Positions 25,251-41,200 are shown, numbered from the stretch's first letter. The stretch is DNA of 64,000 nucleotides from Eledone cirrhosa (GCA_964016885.1 OZ024744.1:40238001-40302000); one strand, 5' to 3'. Translations and numbers: made by a program. The notes: generated by a model not told the origin, from the letters alone.

Positions 25251-28200
25251 TCAACCCAGCTTTATTTACAAAGTCTAGCTTGTCTCAAGGTAATGGTAGT
25301 TTCCATCAACCCAGCTTTATTTACAAAGCCTAGCTTGACTCAAGGTAATGGTAGTTTCCATCAGCCCAGCTTTATTTACAAAGTCTAGCTTGTCTCAAGG
25401 TAATGGTAGTTTCCATCAACCCAGCTTTATTTACAATGCCTAGCTTGACCCAAGGTAATAGTAATTTCCATCAACCAAGTTTTATATACAATGCCTAGCT
25501 TGACCCAGGGTAATGGTAGTTTCCATCAATCCAGCTTTATTTGCAAAGCCTAGCTTGACCCAAGGTAATGGTAGTTTCCATCAACTGAGCTTTATTTAAA
25601 AAGCCTAGCATGACTCAAGGTAATGATAGTTTCCATCAACACAGCTTTATTTACAAAGCCTAGCTTGACCCAAGATAATGGTAGTTTCCATCAACCCAGC
25701 TTTATTTGCAAAACCCCTGCTTGACTCAAGGTAATGGTAGTGTCCATCAACCCAGCTTTATTTACAAATCCTAGCTTGACTCAAGGTAATGGTAGTTTCC
25801 ATCAACCCAGCTTTATTTACACAGTCTAGCTTGTTTAAAGGTAATGGTAGTTTCCATCAACCCAGCTTTATTTACAAAGCCTAGCTTGACTCAAGGTAAT
25901 GGTAGTTTCCATCAACCCAGCTTTATTTACAAAGCCTAGCTTGACCCAAGGTAATGGTAGTTTCCATCAACCCAGCTTTATTTACAAAGCCTAACTTGAT
26001 CCAAGGTAATGGTAGTTTCCATCAACCCAGCTTTATTTACAAAGCCTAGCTTGACCCAAGGTAATGGTAGTTTCCATCAACCCAGCTTTATTTACAAAGC
26101 CTAGCTTGACCCAAGCTAATGGTAGTTTCCATCAACCCAGCTTTATTTACAAAGCCTAGCTTGACTCAAGGTAATGGTAGCTTCCATCAACCCAGCTTTA
26201 TTTACAAAGCCTAGCTTGACTCAAGGTAATGGTAGTTTCCATCAACCCAGCTTTATTTACAAAGCCTTGCTTGACCCAAGGTAATGGTAGTTTCCATCAA
26301 CCCAGCTTTATTTACAAAGCCTAACTTGACACAAGGTAATGGTAGTTTCCATCAACCCAGCTTTATTTACAAAGTCTATCTTGACTCAATGTAATGGTAG
26401 TTTCCATCAACCTAGCTTTATTTACAAAGCCTAGCTTGACTCAAGGTAATGGTAGTTTCCATCAGCCCAGCTTTATTTACAAAGTCTAGCTTGTCTCAAG
26501 GTAATGGTAGTTTCCATCAACCCAGCTTTATTTACAAAGCCTAGCTTGACTCAAGGTAATGGTAGTTTCCATCAGCCCAGCTTTATTTACAAAGTCTAGC
26601 TTCTCTGAAGGTAATGGTAGTTTCCATCAACCCAGCTTTATTTACAATGCCTAGCTTGACCCAAGGTAATGGTAGTTTCTATCAATCCAGCTTTATTTAC
26701 AAAGCCTAGCTTGACCCAAGGTAATGGTAGTTTCCATCAACTGAGCTTTATTTAAAAAGCCTAGCGTGACTCAAGGTAATGATAGTTTCCATCAACCCAG
26801 CTTTATTTACAAAGCCTAGCTTGACCCAAGATAATGGTAGTTTCCATCAACCCAGCTTTATTTGCAAAACTCTGCTTGACGCAGGGAAATGGTGGTTTCC
26901 ATCAACCCAGCTTTATTTACAAAGCCTAGCTTGACTCAAGGTAATGGTAGTTTCCATCAACCCAGCTTTATTTACAAAGTCTAGCTTGTATGAAGGTAAT
27001 GGTAGTTTCCATCAACCCAGCTTTATTTACAAAGCCTAGCTTGACTCAAGGTAATGGTAGTTTCCATCAGCCCAGCTTTATTTACAAAGTCTAGCTAGTC
27101 TCAAGGTAATGGTAGTTTCCATCAACCCAGCTTTATTTACAAAGCCTAGCTTGACTCAAGGTAATGGTAGTTTCCATCAACCCAGCTTTATTTACAAAGC
27201 CTAGCTTGACCCAAGATAATGGTAGTTTCCATCAACCCAGCTTTATTTACAAAGCCAAGCTTGACTCAAGATAATGGTAGTTTCCATCAACCCAGCTTTA
27301 TTTAAAAAAGCCTAGCTTGACTCAAGGTAATGGTAGTTTCCATCAACCCAGCTTTATTTACAAAGCCTAGCTTCACTCAAGGTAATGGTAGTTTCCATCA
27401 ACCCAGCATTATTTACAAAGCCTAGCTTGACTCAAGGTAATGGTAGTTTCCATCAACCCAGCTTTATTTACAAAGCCTAGCTTGACTCAACGTAATGGTA
27501 GTTTCCATCAACCCAGCTTTATTTACAAAGCCTAGCTTGACCAAAGGTAATGGTAGTTTCCATCAACCCAACTTTATTTACAAAGCCTAGCTTGACCCAA
27601 GGTAATGGTAGTTTGCATCAACCCAGCTTTATTTACAAAGCCTAGCTTGACCCAAAGTAATGGTAGTTTCCATCAACCCAGCTTTATTTACGAAGCCTAG
27701 CTTGACTCAAGATAATGGTAGTTTCCATCAACCGAGCTTTCTCTACAAAGCCTAGCTTGACTCAAGGTAATGGTAGTTTCCATCAACCCAGCTTTATTTA
27801 CAAAGCCTAGCTTGACTCAAGGTAATGGTAGTTTCCATCAACCCAGCTTTATTTACAAAGCCTAACTTGACTCAAGGTAATGGTAGTTTCCATCAACCCA
27901 GCTTTATTTACAAAGCCTAGCTTGACTCAAGGTAATTGTAGTTTCCATCAACCCAGCTTTATTTATAAAGTCTAGCTTGTCTAAAGGTAATGGTAGTTTC
28001 CATCAACCCAGCTTTATTTACAATGCCTAGCTTGACCCAAGGTAATGGTAGTTTCCATCAACCCAGCTTTATTTACAAAGCCTAACTTGACACAAGGTAA
28101 TGGTAGTTTCCATCAACCCAGCTTTATTTACAAAGTCTATCTTGACTCAAGGTAATGGTAGTTTCCATCAACCTAGCTTTATTTACAAATCCTAGCTTGA

Positions 28201-31200
28201 CTCAAGGTAATGGTAGTTTCCATCAGCCCAGCTTTATTTACAAAGTCTATCTTGTCTCAAGGTAATGGTAGTTTCCATCAACCCAGCTTTATTTACAATG
28301 CCTAGCTTGACCCAAGGTAATAGTAGTTTCCATCAATCCAGCTTTATTTACAAAGCCTAGCCTGACCCAAGGTAATGGTAGTTTCCATCAACTGAGCTTT
28401 ATTTAAAAAGCCTAGCGTGACTCAAGGTAATGATAGTTTCCATCAACCCAGCTTTATTTACAAAGCCTAGCTTGACCCATGATAATGGTAGTTTCCATCA
28501 ACCTAGCTTTATTTGCAAAGCCCTGCTTGACGCAGGGAAATGGTAGTTTCCATCAACCCAGCTTTATTTACAAAGCCTAGCTTGACTCAAGGTAATGGTA
28601 GTTTCCATCAACCCAGCTTTATTTACAAAGCCTAGCTTGACTCAAGGTAATGGTAGTTTCCATCAGCCCAGCTTTATTTACAAAGTCTAGCTTGTCTCAA
28701 GGTAATGGTAGTTTCCATCAACCCAGCTTTATTTACAATGCCTAGCTTAACCCAAGGTAATAGTAATTTCCATCAACCAAGTTTTATTTACAAAGCCTAG
28801 CTTGACTCAAGGTAAGGGTAGTTTCCATCAACCCAGCTATATTTACAAAGCCTAGCTTGACTCAAGGTAATGGTAGTTTCCATCAACCCAGCTTTATTTA
28901 CAATGCCTAGCTTGAATCAACGAAATGGTAGTTTCCATCAACCCAGCTTTATTTACAAAGTCTAGCTTGACTCAAGAAAATGGTAGTTTCCATCAACCCA
29001 GCTTTATTTACAAAGCCTAGCTTCACTGAATGTAATCGTAGTTTCCATCAACCCAGCATTATTTACAAAGCCTAGCTTGACTCAAGGTAATGGTATTTTC
29101 CATCAACCCAGCTTTATTTACACAGCCTAGCTTGACTCAAGGTAATGGAAGTTTCCATCAACCCAGCATTATTTACAAAGCCTAGCTTGACTCAAGGTAA
29201 TGGTAGTTTCCATCAACCCAGCTTTATTTACAAAGCCTAGCTTGACTCAAGGTAATGGTAGTTTCCATCAACCCAGCTTTATTTACAAAGCCTAGATTGA
29301 CCAAAGGTAATGGTAGTTTCCATCAACCCAGCTTTATTTACAAAGCCTAGCTTGACTCAAGGTAATGGTAGTTTCCATCAACCCAGCTTTATTTACAAAG
29401 CCTAGCTTGACTCAAGTTAATGGTAGTTTCTATCAACCCAGCTTTATTTACAAAGCCTAGCTTGACCCAAGGTAATGGTAGTTTGCATCAACCCAGCTTT
29501 ATTTACAAAGCCTAGCTTGACCCAAAGAAATGGTAGTTTCCATCAACCCAGCTTTATTTACAAAGCCTAGCTTGACTCAAGGTAATGGTAGTTTCCATCA
29601 ACCCAGCTTTATTTACAAAGCCTAGCTTGTCTCAAGGTAATGGTAGTTTCCATCAACCCAGCTTTATTTACAAAGCCTAGCTTGACTCAAGGTAATGGTA
29701 GTTTCCATCAACCAAGTTTTATTTACAATGTCTAGCTTGACTCAAGGTAATGGTAGTTTCCATCAACCCAGCTTTATTTACAAAGCCTAGCTTGACCCAA
29801 AGTAATGGTAGTTTCCATCAACCCAGCTTTATTTGCAAAGCCTAGCTTGACCCAAGGTAATGGTAGTTTCTATCAACCCAGCTTTATTTACAAAGCCTAG
29901 CTTAATTCAAGGTAATGGTAGTTTCCATCAACTGAGCTTTATTTAAAAAGCCTAGCGTGACTCAAGGTAATGATAGTTTCCATCAACCCAGCTTTATTTA
30001 CAAAGCCTAGCTTGACCCAAGATAATGGTAGTTTCCATCAACCCAGCTTTATTTGCAAAGCCCTGCTTGACACAGGGAAATGGTAGTTTCCATCAACCCA
30101 GCTTTATTTACAAAGTCTAGCTTGTCTCAAGGTAATGGTAGTTTCCATCAACCCAGCTTTATTTACAAAGCCTAGCTTGACTCAAGGTAATGGTAGTTTC
30201 CATCAGCCCAGCTTTATTTACAAAGTCTAGCTTGTCTCAAGGTAATGGTAGTTTCCATCAACCCAGCTTTATTTACAATGCCTAGCTTGACCCAAGGTAA
30301 TAGTAATTTCCATCAACCAAGTTTTATATACAATGCCTAGCTTGACCCAGGGTAATGGTAGTTTCCATCAATCCAGCTTTATTTGCAAAGCCTAGCTTGA
30401 CCCAAGCTAATGGTAGTTTCCATCAACTGAGCTTTATTTAAAAAGCCTAGCATGACTCAAGGTAATGATAGTTTCCATCAACACAGCTTTATTTACAAAG
30501 CCTAGCTTGACCCAAGATAATGGAAGTTTCCATCAACCCAGCTTTATTTGCAAAACCCCTGCTTGACTCAAGGTAATGGTAGTGTCCATCAACCCAGCTT
30601 TATTTACAAATCCTAGCTTGACTCAAGGTAATGGTAGTTTCCATCAACCCAGCTTTATTTACACAGTCTAGCTTGTTTAAAGGTAATGGTAGTTTCCATC
30701 AACCCAGCTTTATTTACAAAGCCTAGCTTGACTCAAGGTAATGGTAGTTTCCATCAACCCAGCTTTATTTACAAAGCCTAGCTTGACCCAAGGTAATGGT
30801 AGTTTCCATCAACCCAGCTTTATTTAAAAAGCCTAACTTGATCCAAGGTAATGGTAGTTTCCATCAACCCAGCTTTATTTACAAAGCCTAGCTTGACCCA
30901 AGGTAATGGTAGTTTCCATCAACCCAGCTTTATTTACAAAGCCTAGCTTGACCCAAGCTAATGGTAGTTTCCATCAACCCAGCTTTATTTACAAAGCCTA
31001 GCTTGACTCAAGGTAATGGTAGCTTCCATCAACCCAGCTTTATTTACAAAGCCTAGCTTGACTCAAGGTAATGGTAGTTTCCATCAACCCAGCTTTATTT
31101 ACAAAGCCTTGCTTGACCCAAGGTAATGGTAGTTTCCATCAACCCAGCTTTATTTACAAAGCCTAACTTGACACAAGGTAATGGTAGTTTCCATCAACCC

Positions 31201-34200
31201 AGCTTTATTTACAAAGTCTATCTTGACTCAATGTAATGGTAGTTTCCATCAACCTAGCTTTATTTACAAAGCCTAGCTTGACTCAAGGTAATGGTAGTTT
31301 CTATCAGCCCAGCTTTATTTACAAAGTCTAGCTTGTCTCAAGGTAATGGTAGTTTCCATCAACCCAGCTTTATTTACAAAGCCTAGCTTGACTCAAGGTA
31401 ATGGTAGTTTCCATCAGCCCAGCTTTATTTACAAAGTCTAGCTTCTCTGAAGGTAATGGTAGTTTCCATCAACCCAGCTTTATTTACAATGCCTAGCTTG
31501 ACCCAAGGTAATGGTAGTTTCTATCAATCCAGCTTTATTTACAAAGCCTAGCTTGACCCAAGGTAATGGTAGTTTCCATCAACTGAGCTTTATTTAAAAA
31601 GCCTAGCGTGACTCAAGGTAATGATAGTTTCCATCAACCCAGCTTTATTTACAAAGCCTAGCTTGACCCAAGATAATGGTAGTTTCCATCAACCCAGCTT
31701 TATTTGCAAAACTCTGCTTGACGCAGGGAAATGGTGGTTTCCATCAACCCAGCTTTATTTACAAAGCCTAGCTTGACTCAAGGTAATGGTAGTTTCCATC
31801 AACCCAGCTTTATTTACAAAGTCTAGCTTGTATGAAGGTAATGGTAGTTTCCATCAACCCAGCTTTATTTACAAAGCCTAGCTTGACTCAAGGTAATGGT
31901 AGTTTCCATCAGCCCAGCTTTATTTACAAAGTCTAGCTAGTCTCAAGGTAATGGTAGTTTCCATCAACCCAGCTTTATTTACAAAGCCTAGCTTGACTCA
32001 AGGTAATGGTAGTTTCCATCAACCCAGCTTTATTTACAAAGCCTAGCTTGACCCAAGATAATGGTAGTTTCCATCAACCCAGCTTTATTTACAATGCCAA
32101 GCTTGACTCAAGATAATGGTAGTTTCCATCAACCCAGCTTTATTTAAAAAAGCCTAGCTTGACTCAAGGTAATGGTAGTTTCCATCAACCCAGCTTTATT
32201 TACAAAGCCTAGCTTCACTCAAGGTAATGGTAGTTTCCATCAACCCAGCATTATTTACAAAGCCTAGCTTGACTCAAGGTAATGGTAGTTTCCATCAACC
32301 CAGCTTTATTTACAAAGCCTAGCTTGACTCAACGTAATGGTAGTTTCCATCAACCCAGCTTTATTTACAAAGCCTAGCTTGACCAAAGGTAATGGTAGTT
32401 TCCATCAACCCAACTTTATTTACAAAGCCTAGCTTGACCCAAGGTAATGGTAGTTTGCATCAACCCAGCTTTATTTACAAAGCCTAGCTTGACCCAAAGT
32501 AATGGTAGTTTCCATCAACCCAGCTTTATTTACGAAGCCTAGCTTGACTCAAGATAATGGTAGTTTCCATCAACCGAGCTTTCTCTACAAAGCCTAGCTT
32601 GACTCAAGGTAATGGTAGTTTCCATCAACCCAGCTTTATTTACAAAGCCTAGCTTGACTCAAGGTAATGGTAGTTTCCATCAACCCAGCTTTATTTACAA
32701 AGCCTAACTTGACTCAAGGTAATGGTAGTTTCCATCAACCCAGCTTTATTTACAAAGCCTAGCTTGACTCAAGGTAATTGTAGTTTCCATCAACCCAGCT
32801 TTATTTATAAAGTCTAGCTTGTCTAAAGGTAATGGTAGTTTCCATCAACCCAGCTTTATTTACAATGCCTAGCTTGACCCAAGGTAATGGTAGTTTCCAT
32901 CAACCCAGCTTTATTTACAAAGCCTAACTTGACACAAGGTAATGGTAGTTTCCATCAACCCAGCTTTATTTACAAAGTCTATCTTGACTCAAGGTAATGG
33001 TAGTTTCCATCAACCTAGCTTTATTTACAAATCCTAGCTTGACTCAAGGTAATGGTAGTTTCCATCAGCCCAGCTTTATTTACAAAGTCTATCTTGTCTC
33101 AAGGTAATGGTAGTTTCCATCAACCCAGCTTTATTTACAATGCCTAGCTTGACCCAAGGTAATAGTAGTTTCCATCAATCCAGCTTTATTTACAAAGCCT
33201 AGCTTGACCCAAGGTAATGGTAGTTTCCATCAACTGAGCTTTATTTAAAAAGCCTAGCGTGACTCAAGGTAATGATAGTTTCCATCAACCCAGCTTCATT
33301 TACAAAGCCTAGCTTGACCCATGATAATGGTAGTTTCCATCAACCTAGCTTTATTTGCAAAGCCCTGCTTGACGCAGGGAAATGGTAGTTTCCATCAACC
33401 CAGCTTTATTTACAAAGCCTAGCTTGACTCAAGGTAATGGTAGTTTCCATCAACCCAGCTTTATTTACAAAGCCTAGCTTGACTCAAGGTAATGGTAGTT
33501 TCCATCAGCCCAGCTTTATTTACAAAGTCTAGCTTGTCTGAAGGTAATGGTAGTTTCCATCAACCCAGCTTTATTTACAATGCCTAGCTTAACCCAAGGT
33601 AATAGTAATTTCCATCAACCAAGTTTTATTTACAAAGCCTAGCTTGACTCAAGGTAAGGGTAGTTTCCATCAACCCAGCTTTATTTACAAAGCCTAGCTT
33701 GACTCAAGGTAATGGTAGTTTCCATCAACCCAGCTTTATTTACAATGCCTAGCTTGAATCAACGAAATGGTAGTTTCCATCAACCCAGCTTTATTTACAA
33801 AGTCTAGCTTGACTCAAGAAAATGGTAGTTTCCATCAACCCAGCTTTATTTACAAAGCCTAGCTTCACTGAATGTAATCGTAGTTTCCATCAACCCAGCA
33901 TTATTTACAAAGCCTAGCTTGACTCAAGGTAATGGTAGTTTCCATCAACCCAGCTTTATTTACACAGCCTAGCTTGACTCAAGGTAATGGAAGTTTCCAT
34001 CAACCCAGCATTATTTACAAAGCCTAGCTTGACTCAAGGTAATGGTAGTTTCCATCAACCCAGCTTTATTTACAAAGCCTAGCTTGACTCAAGGTAATGG
34101 TAGTTTCCATCAACCCAGCTTTATTTACAAAGCCTAGATTGACCAAAGGTAATGGTAGTTTCCATCAACCCAGCTTTATTTACAAAGCCTAGCTTGACTC

Positions 34201-34770
34201 AAGGTAATGGTAGTTTCCATCAACCCAGCTTTATTTACAAAGCCTAGCTTGACTCAAGTTAATGGTAGTTTCTATCAACCCAGCTTTATTTACAAAGCCT
34301 AGCTTGACCCAAGGTAATGGTAGTTTGCATCAACCCAGCTTTATTTACAAAGCCTAGCTTGACCCAAAGAAATGGTAGTTTCCATCAACCCAGCTTTATT
34401 TACAAAGCCTAGCTTGACTCAAGGTAATGGTAGTTTCCATCAACCCAGCTTTATTTACAAAGCCTAGCTTGTCTCAAGGTAATGGTAGTTTCCATCAACC
34501 CAGCTTTATTTACAAAGCCTAGCTTGACTCAAGGTAATGGTAGTTTCCATCAACCAAGTTTTATTTACAATGTCTAGCTTGACTCAAGGTAATGGTAGTT
34601 TCCATCAACCCAGCTTTATTTACAAAGCCTAGCTTGACCCAAAGTAATGGTAGTTTCCATCAACCCAGCTTTATTTGCAAAGCCTAGCTTGACCCAAGGT
34701 AATGGTAGTTTCTATCAACCCAGCTTTATTTACAAAGCCTAGCTTAATTCAAGGTAATGGTAGTTTCCAT
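25080..34770 (+). repeat. Tandem duplication of an 88-monomer block (4842 bp)
   Basis: Markers at 25089/29931, 25708/30550, 27741/32583 and 28914/33756 are all offset by 4842. Confidence 0.9.
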
Positions 34771-35269
34771 CAACCCAGCTTTATTTACAAAGCGCAGCTT
34801 GACTCAAGATAATGGTAGATTCCATCAACCCAGCTTTATTTATAAAAGCCTAGCTTGACTGAAGGTAATGGTAGTTTCCATCAACCCGGCTTTATTTACA
34901 AAGCCTAGCTTGACTCAAGGTAATGGTAGTTTCCATCAACCCAGCTTTATTTACAAAGCCTAGCTTGACTCAAGGTAATGGTAGTTTCCATCAACCCAGC
35001 TTTATTTACAAAGCCAGGCTTGACCCAAGGTAATGGTAGTTTCCATCAACCCAGCTTTATTTACAAAGCCTAGCTTGACCCAAGGTAATGGTAGTTTCCA
35101 TCAACCCAGCTTTATTTACAAAGCCTAGCTTGACCCAAGGTAATGGTAGTTTCCATCAACCCAGCTTTATTTACAAAGCTTAGCTTGACTCAAGGTAATG
35201 GTAGTTTCCATCAGCCTAGCTTTATTTACAAAGTCTAGATTGTCTCAAGGTAATGGTAGTTTCCATCAA

Positions 35270-38200
35270 CCCAGCTTCATTTACAAAGCCTAGCTTGACT
35301 CAAGGTAATGGTAGTTTCCATCAACCCAGCTTTATTTACAAAGCCTAGCTTGACCCAAGGTAATGGTAGTTTCCATCAATCCAGCTTTATTTACAAAGTC
35401 TAGCTTGACCCAAGGTAATGGTAGTTTCCATCAACTGAGCTTTATTTAAAAAGCCTAGCGTGACTCAAGGTAATGATAGTTTCCATCAACAGAGCTTTAT
35501 TTACAAAGCCTAGCGTGACCCAAGATAATGGTAGTTTCCATCAACCCAGCTTTATTTGCAAAGCCCTGCTTGACTCAAGGTAATGGTAGTTTCCATCAAC
35601 CCAGCTTTATTTACAAATCCTAGCTTGACTCAAGGTAATGGTAGTTTCCATCAACCCAGCTTTATTTACAAAGCCTAGCTTGTCTCAAGGTAATGGTAGT
35701 TTCCATCAACCCAGCTTTATTTACAAAGCCTAGGTTGACTCAAGGTAATGGTAGTTTCCATCAACCCATCTTTATTTACAATGCCTAGCTTGACCCAAGG
35801 TAATAGTAATTTCCATCAACCAAGTTTTATTTACAAAGCCTAGCTTGACTCAAGGTAAGGATAGGTTCCATCAACCCAGCTTTATTTACAAAGCCTAGCT
35901 TGACTCAAAGTAATGGTAGTTTCCATCAACCCAGCTTTATTTACAATGCCTAGCTTGAATCAAGGTAATGGTAGTTTCCATCAACCCAGCTTTATTTACA
36001 AAGCCTAGCTTCACCGAAGGTAATGGTAGTTTCCATCAACCCAGCATTATTTACAAAGCCTAGCTTGACTCAAGGTAATGGTAGTTTCCATCAACCCACC
36101 TTTATTTACAAAGCCTAGCTTGACTCAAGGTAATGGTAGTTTCCATCAACCCAGCTTTATTTATAAAGCCTAGCTTGACCCAAGGTAATGGTAGTTTCCA
36201 TCGACCCAGCTTTATTTACAAAGCCTAGCTTGACCCCAGGTAATGGTAGTTTCCATCAACCCAGCTTTATTTACAAAGCCTAGCTTGACTGAAGGTAATG
36301 GTAGTTTCCATCAACCCAGCTTTATTTACAATGTCTAGCTTGACTCAAGGTAATGGTAGTTTCCATCAACCCAGCTTTATTTACAAAGCCTAGCTTGTCT
36401 CAAGGTAATGGTAGTTTCCATCAACCCAGCTTTATTTACAAAGCCTAGCTTGACTCAAGGTAATGGTAGTTTCCATCAACCAAGTTTTATTTACAATGTC
36501 TAGCTTGACTCAAGGTAATGATAGTTTCCATCAACCCAGCTTTATTTACAAAGCCTAGCTTGACCCAAGGTAATGGTAGTTTCCATCAACCCAGCTTTAT
36601 TTACAAAGCCTAGCTTAATTCAAGGTAATGGTAGTTTCCATCAACCCAGCTTTATTTACAAAGCCTAGCTTGACCCAAGGTAATGGTAGTTTCCATCAAC
36701 CCAGCTTTATTTACAAAGCCTAACTTGACCCAAGGTAATGGTAGTTTCCATCAACCCAGCTTTATTTACAAAGCCTAGCTTGACCCAAGGTAATGGTAGT
36801 TTCCATCAACCCAGCTTTATTTACAAAGCCTAGCTTGACCCAAGGTAATGGTAGTTTCCATCAACCCAGCTTTATTTACAAAGCCTAGCTTGACTCAAGG
36901 TAATGGTAGTTTCCATCAACCCAGCTTTATTTACAAAGCCTAGCTTGACTCAAGGTAATGGTAGTTTCCATCAACCCAGCTTTATTTACAAAGCCTTGCT
37001 TGACCCAAGGTAATGGTAGTTTCCATCAACCCAGCTTTATTTACAAAGCCTAACTTGACACAAGGTAATGGTAGTTTCCATCAACCCAGCTTTATTTACA
37101 AAGTCTATCTTGACTCAATGTAATGGTAGTTTCCATCAACCTAGCTTTATTTACAAAGCCTAGCTTGACTCAAGGTAATGGTAGTTTCCATCAGCCCAGC
37201 TTATTTACAAAGTCTAGCTTGTCTCAAGGTAATGGTAGTTTCCATCAACCCAGCTTTATTTACAATGCCTAGCTTGACTCAAGATAATGGTAGTTTCCAT
37301 CAACCCAGATTTATTTACAAAGCCTAGCTTGACTCAAGGTAATGGTAGTTTCCATCAACCCAGCTTTATTTACAAAGCCTAGCTTGACTCAAGGTAATGG
37401 TAGTTTCCATCAACCCAGCTTTATTTACAAAGCCTAGCTTGACTCAAGGTAATGGAAGTTTCCATCAACCCAGCTTTATTTACAAAGCCTAGCTTGACTC
37501 AAGGTAATGGTAGTTTCCATCAACCCAGCTTTATTTACAAAGCCTAGCTTGACTCAAGGTAATTGTAGTTTCCATCAACCCAGCTTTATTTACAAAGCCT
37601 AGCTTGACCAAAGGTAATGGTAGTTTCCATCAACCCAGCTTTATTGACAAAGCCTAGCTTGACTCATGTTAATGGTAGTTTCCATCAACCCAGCTTTATT
37701 TACAAAGCCTAGCTTGATCCAAGGTAATGGTAGTTTGCATCAACCCAGCTTTATTTACAAAGCCTAGCTTGACCCAAGGTAATGGTAGTTTCCATCAACC
37801 CAGCTTTATTTACAAAGCCTAGCTTGACTCAAGATAATGGTAGTTTCCATCAACCGAGCTTTATTTACAAAGCCTAGCTTGACTCAAGGTAATGGTAGTT
37901 TCCATCGAACCCATCTTTATTTACAAAGCCTAGCTTGACTCAAGGTAATGGTAGTTTCCATCAACCAAGTTTTATTTACAATGTCTAGCTTGACTCAAGG
38001 TAATGGTAGTTTCCATCAACCCAGCTTTATTTACAAAGCATAGCTTGACCCAAAGTAATGGTAGTTTCCGTCAACCCAGCTTTATTTACAAAGCCTAGCT
38101 TGACCCAAGGTAATGGTAGTTTCCATCAACCCAGCTTTATTTACAAAGCCTAGCTTAATTCAAGGTAATGGTAGTTTCCATCAACCCACCTTTATTTACA

Positions 38201-41200
38201 AAGTCTATCTTGACTCAAGGTAATGGTAGTTTCCATCAACCTAGCTTTATTTACAAATCCTAGCTTGACTCAAGGTAATGGTAGTTTCCATCAGCCCAGC
38301 TTTATTTACAAATTCTAGCTTGTCTCAAAGTAATGGTAGTTTCCATCAACCCAGCTTTATTTACAAAGCCTAGCTTGACTCAAGGTAATGGTAGTTTCCA
38401 TCAGCCCAGCTTTATTTACAAAGTCTATCTTGTCTCAAGGTAATGGTAGTTTCCATCAACCCAGCTTTATTTACAATGCCTAGCTTGACCCAAGGTAATA
38501 GTAGTTTCCATCAATCCAGCTTTATTTACAAAGCCTAGCTTGACCCAAGGTAATGGTAGTTTCCATCAACTGAGCTTTATTTAAAAAGCCTAGCGTGACT
38601 CAAGGTAATGATAGTTTCCATCAACCCAGCTTTATTTACAAAGCCTAGCTTGACCCAAGATAATGGTAGTTTCCATCAACCCAGCTTTATTTGCAAAGCC
38701 CTGCTTGACGCAGGGAAATGGTAGTTTCCATCAACCCAGCTTTATTTACAAAGCCTAGCTTGACTCAAGGTAATGGTAGTTTCCATCAACCCAGCTTTAT
38801 TTACAAAGTCTAGCTTGTCTCAAGGTAATGGTAGTTTCCATCAACCCAGCTTTATTTACAAAGCCTAGCTTGACTCAAGGTAATGGTAGTTTCCATCAGC
38901 CCAGCTTTATTTACAAAGTCTAGCTTGTCTCAAGGTAATGGTAGTTTCCATCAACCCAGCTTTATTTACAATGCCTAGCTTGACCCAAGGTAATAGTAAT
39001 TTCCATCAACCAAGTTTTATTTACAAAGCCTAGCTTGACTCAAGGTAAGGGTAGTTTCCATCAACCCAGCTTTATTTACAAAGCCTAGCTTGACTCAAGG
39101 TAATGGTAGTTTCCATCAACCCAGCTTTATTTACAATGCCTAGCTTGAATCAACGAAATGGTAGTTTCCATCAACCCAGCTTTATTTACAAAGTCTAGCT
39201 TGACTCAAGAAAATGGTAGTTTCCATCAACCCAGCTTTATTTACAAAGCCTAGCTTCACTGAATGTAATCGTAGTTTCCATCAACCCAGCATTATTTACA
39301 AAGCCTAGCTTGACTCAAGGTAATGGTAGTTTCCATCAACCCAGCTTTATTTACACAGCCTAGCTTGACTCAAGGTAATGGAAGTTTCCATCAACCCAGC
39401 ATTATTTACAAAGCCTAGCTTGACTCAAGGTAATGGTAGTTTCCATCAACCCAGCTTTATTTACAAAGCCTAGCTTGACTCAAGGTAATGGTAGTTTCCA
39501 TCAACCCAGCTTTATTTACAAAGCCTAGATTGACCAAAGGTAATGGTAGTTTCCATCAACCCAGCTTTATTTACAAAGCCTAGCTTGACTCAAGGTAATG
39601 GTAGTTTCCATCAACCCAGCTTTATTTACAAAGCCTAGCTTGACTCAAGTTAATGGTAGTCTCTATCAACCCAGCTTTATTTACAAAGCCTAGCTTGACC
39701 CAAGGTAATGGTAGTTTGCATCAACCCAGGTTTATTTACAAAGCCTAGCTTGACCCAAAGTAATGGTAGTTTCCATCAACCCAGCTTTATTTACAAAGCC
39801 TAGCTTGACTCAAGGTAATGGTAGTTTCCATCAACCCAGCTTTATTTACAAAGCCTAGCTTGTCTCAAGGTAATGGTAGTTTCCATCAACCCAGCTTTAT
39901 TTACAAAGCCTAGCTTGACTCAAGGTAATGGTAGTTTCCATCAACCAAGTTTTATTTACAATGTCTAGCTTGACTCAAGGTAATGGTAGTTTCCATCAAC
40001 CCAGCTTTATTTAAAAAGCCTAGCTTGACCCAAAGTAATGGTAGTTTCCATCAACCCAGCTTTATTTGCAAAGCCTAGCTTGACCCAAGGTAATGGTAGT
40101 TTCTATCAACCCAGCTTTATTTACAAAGCCTAGCTTATTTCAAGGTAATGGTAGTTTCCATCAACCCAGCTTTATTTACAAAGCGCAGCTTGACTCAAGA
40201 TAATGGTAGTTTCCATCAACCCAGCTTCATTTACAAAGCCTAGCTTGACTCAAGGTAATGGTAGTTTCCATCAACCCAGCTTTATTTACAAAGCCTAGCT
40301 TGACCCAAGGTAATGGTAGTTTCCATCAATCCAGCTTTATTTACAAAGTCTAGCTTGACCCAAGGTAATGGTAGTTTCCATCAACTGAGCTTTATTTAAA
40401 AAGCCTAGCGTGACTCAAGGTAATGATAGTTTCCATCAACAGAGCTTTATTTACAAAGCCTAGCGTGACCCAAGATAATGGTAGTTTCCATCAACCCAGC
40501 TTTATTTGCAAAGCCCTGCTTGACTCAAGGTAATGGTAGTTTCCATCAACCCAGCTTTATTTACAAATCCTAGCTTGACTCAAGGTAATGGTAGTTTCCA
40601 TCAACCCAGCTTTATTTACAAAGCCTAGCTTGTCTCAAGGTAATGGTAGTTTCCATCAACCCAGCTTTATTTACAAAGCCTAGGTTGACTCAAGGTAATG
40701 GTAGTTTCCATCAACCCAGCTTTATTTACAATGCCTAGCTTGACCCAAGGTAATAGTAATTTCCATCAACCAAGTTTTATTTACAAAGCCTAGCTTGACT
40801 CAAGGTAAGGATAGGTTCCATCAACCCAGCTTTATTTACAAAGCCTAGCTTGACTCAAAGTAATGGTAGTTTCCATCAACCCAGCTTTATTTACAATGCC
40901 TAGCTTGAATCAAGGTAATGGTAGTTTCCATCAACCCAGCTTTATTTACAAAGCCTAGCTTCACCGAAGGTAATGGTAGTTTCCATCAACCCAGCATTAT
41001 TTACAAAGCCTAGCTTGACTCAAGGTAATGGTAGTTTCCATCAACCCACCTTTATTTACAAAGCCTAGCTTGACTCAAGGTAATGGTAGTTTCCATCAAC
41101 CCAGCTTTATTTATAAAGCCTAGCTTGACCCAAGGTAATGGTAGTTTCCATCGACCCAGCTTTATTTACAAAGCCTAGCTTGACCCCAGGTAATGGTAGT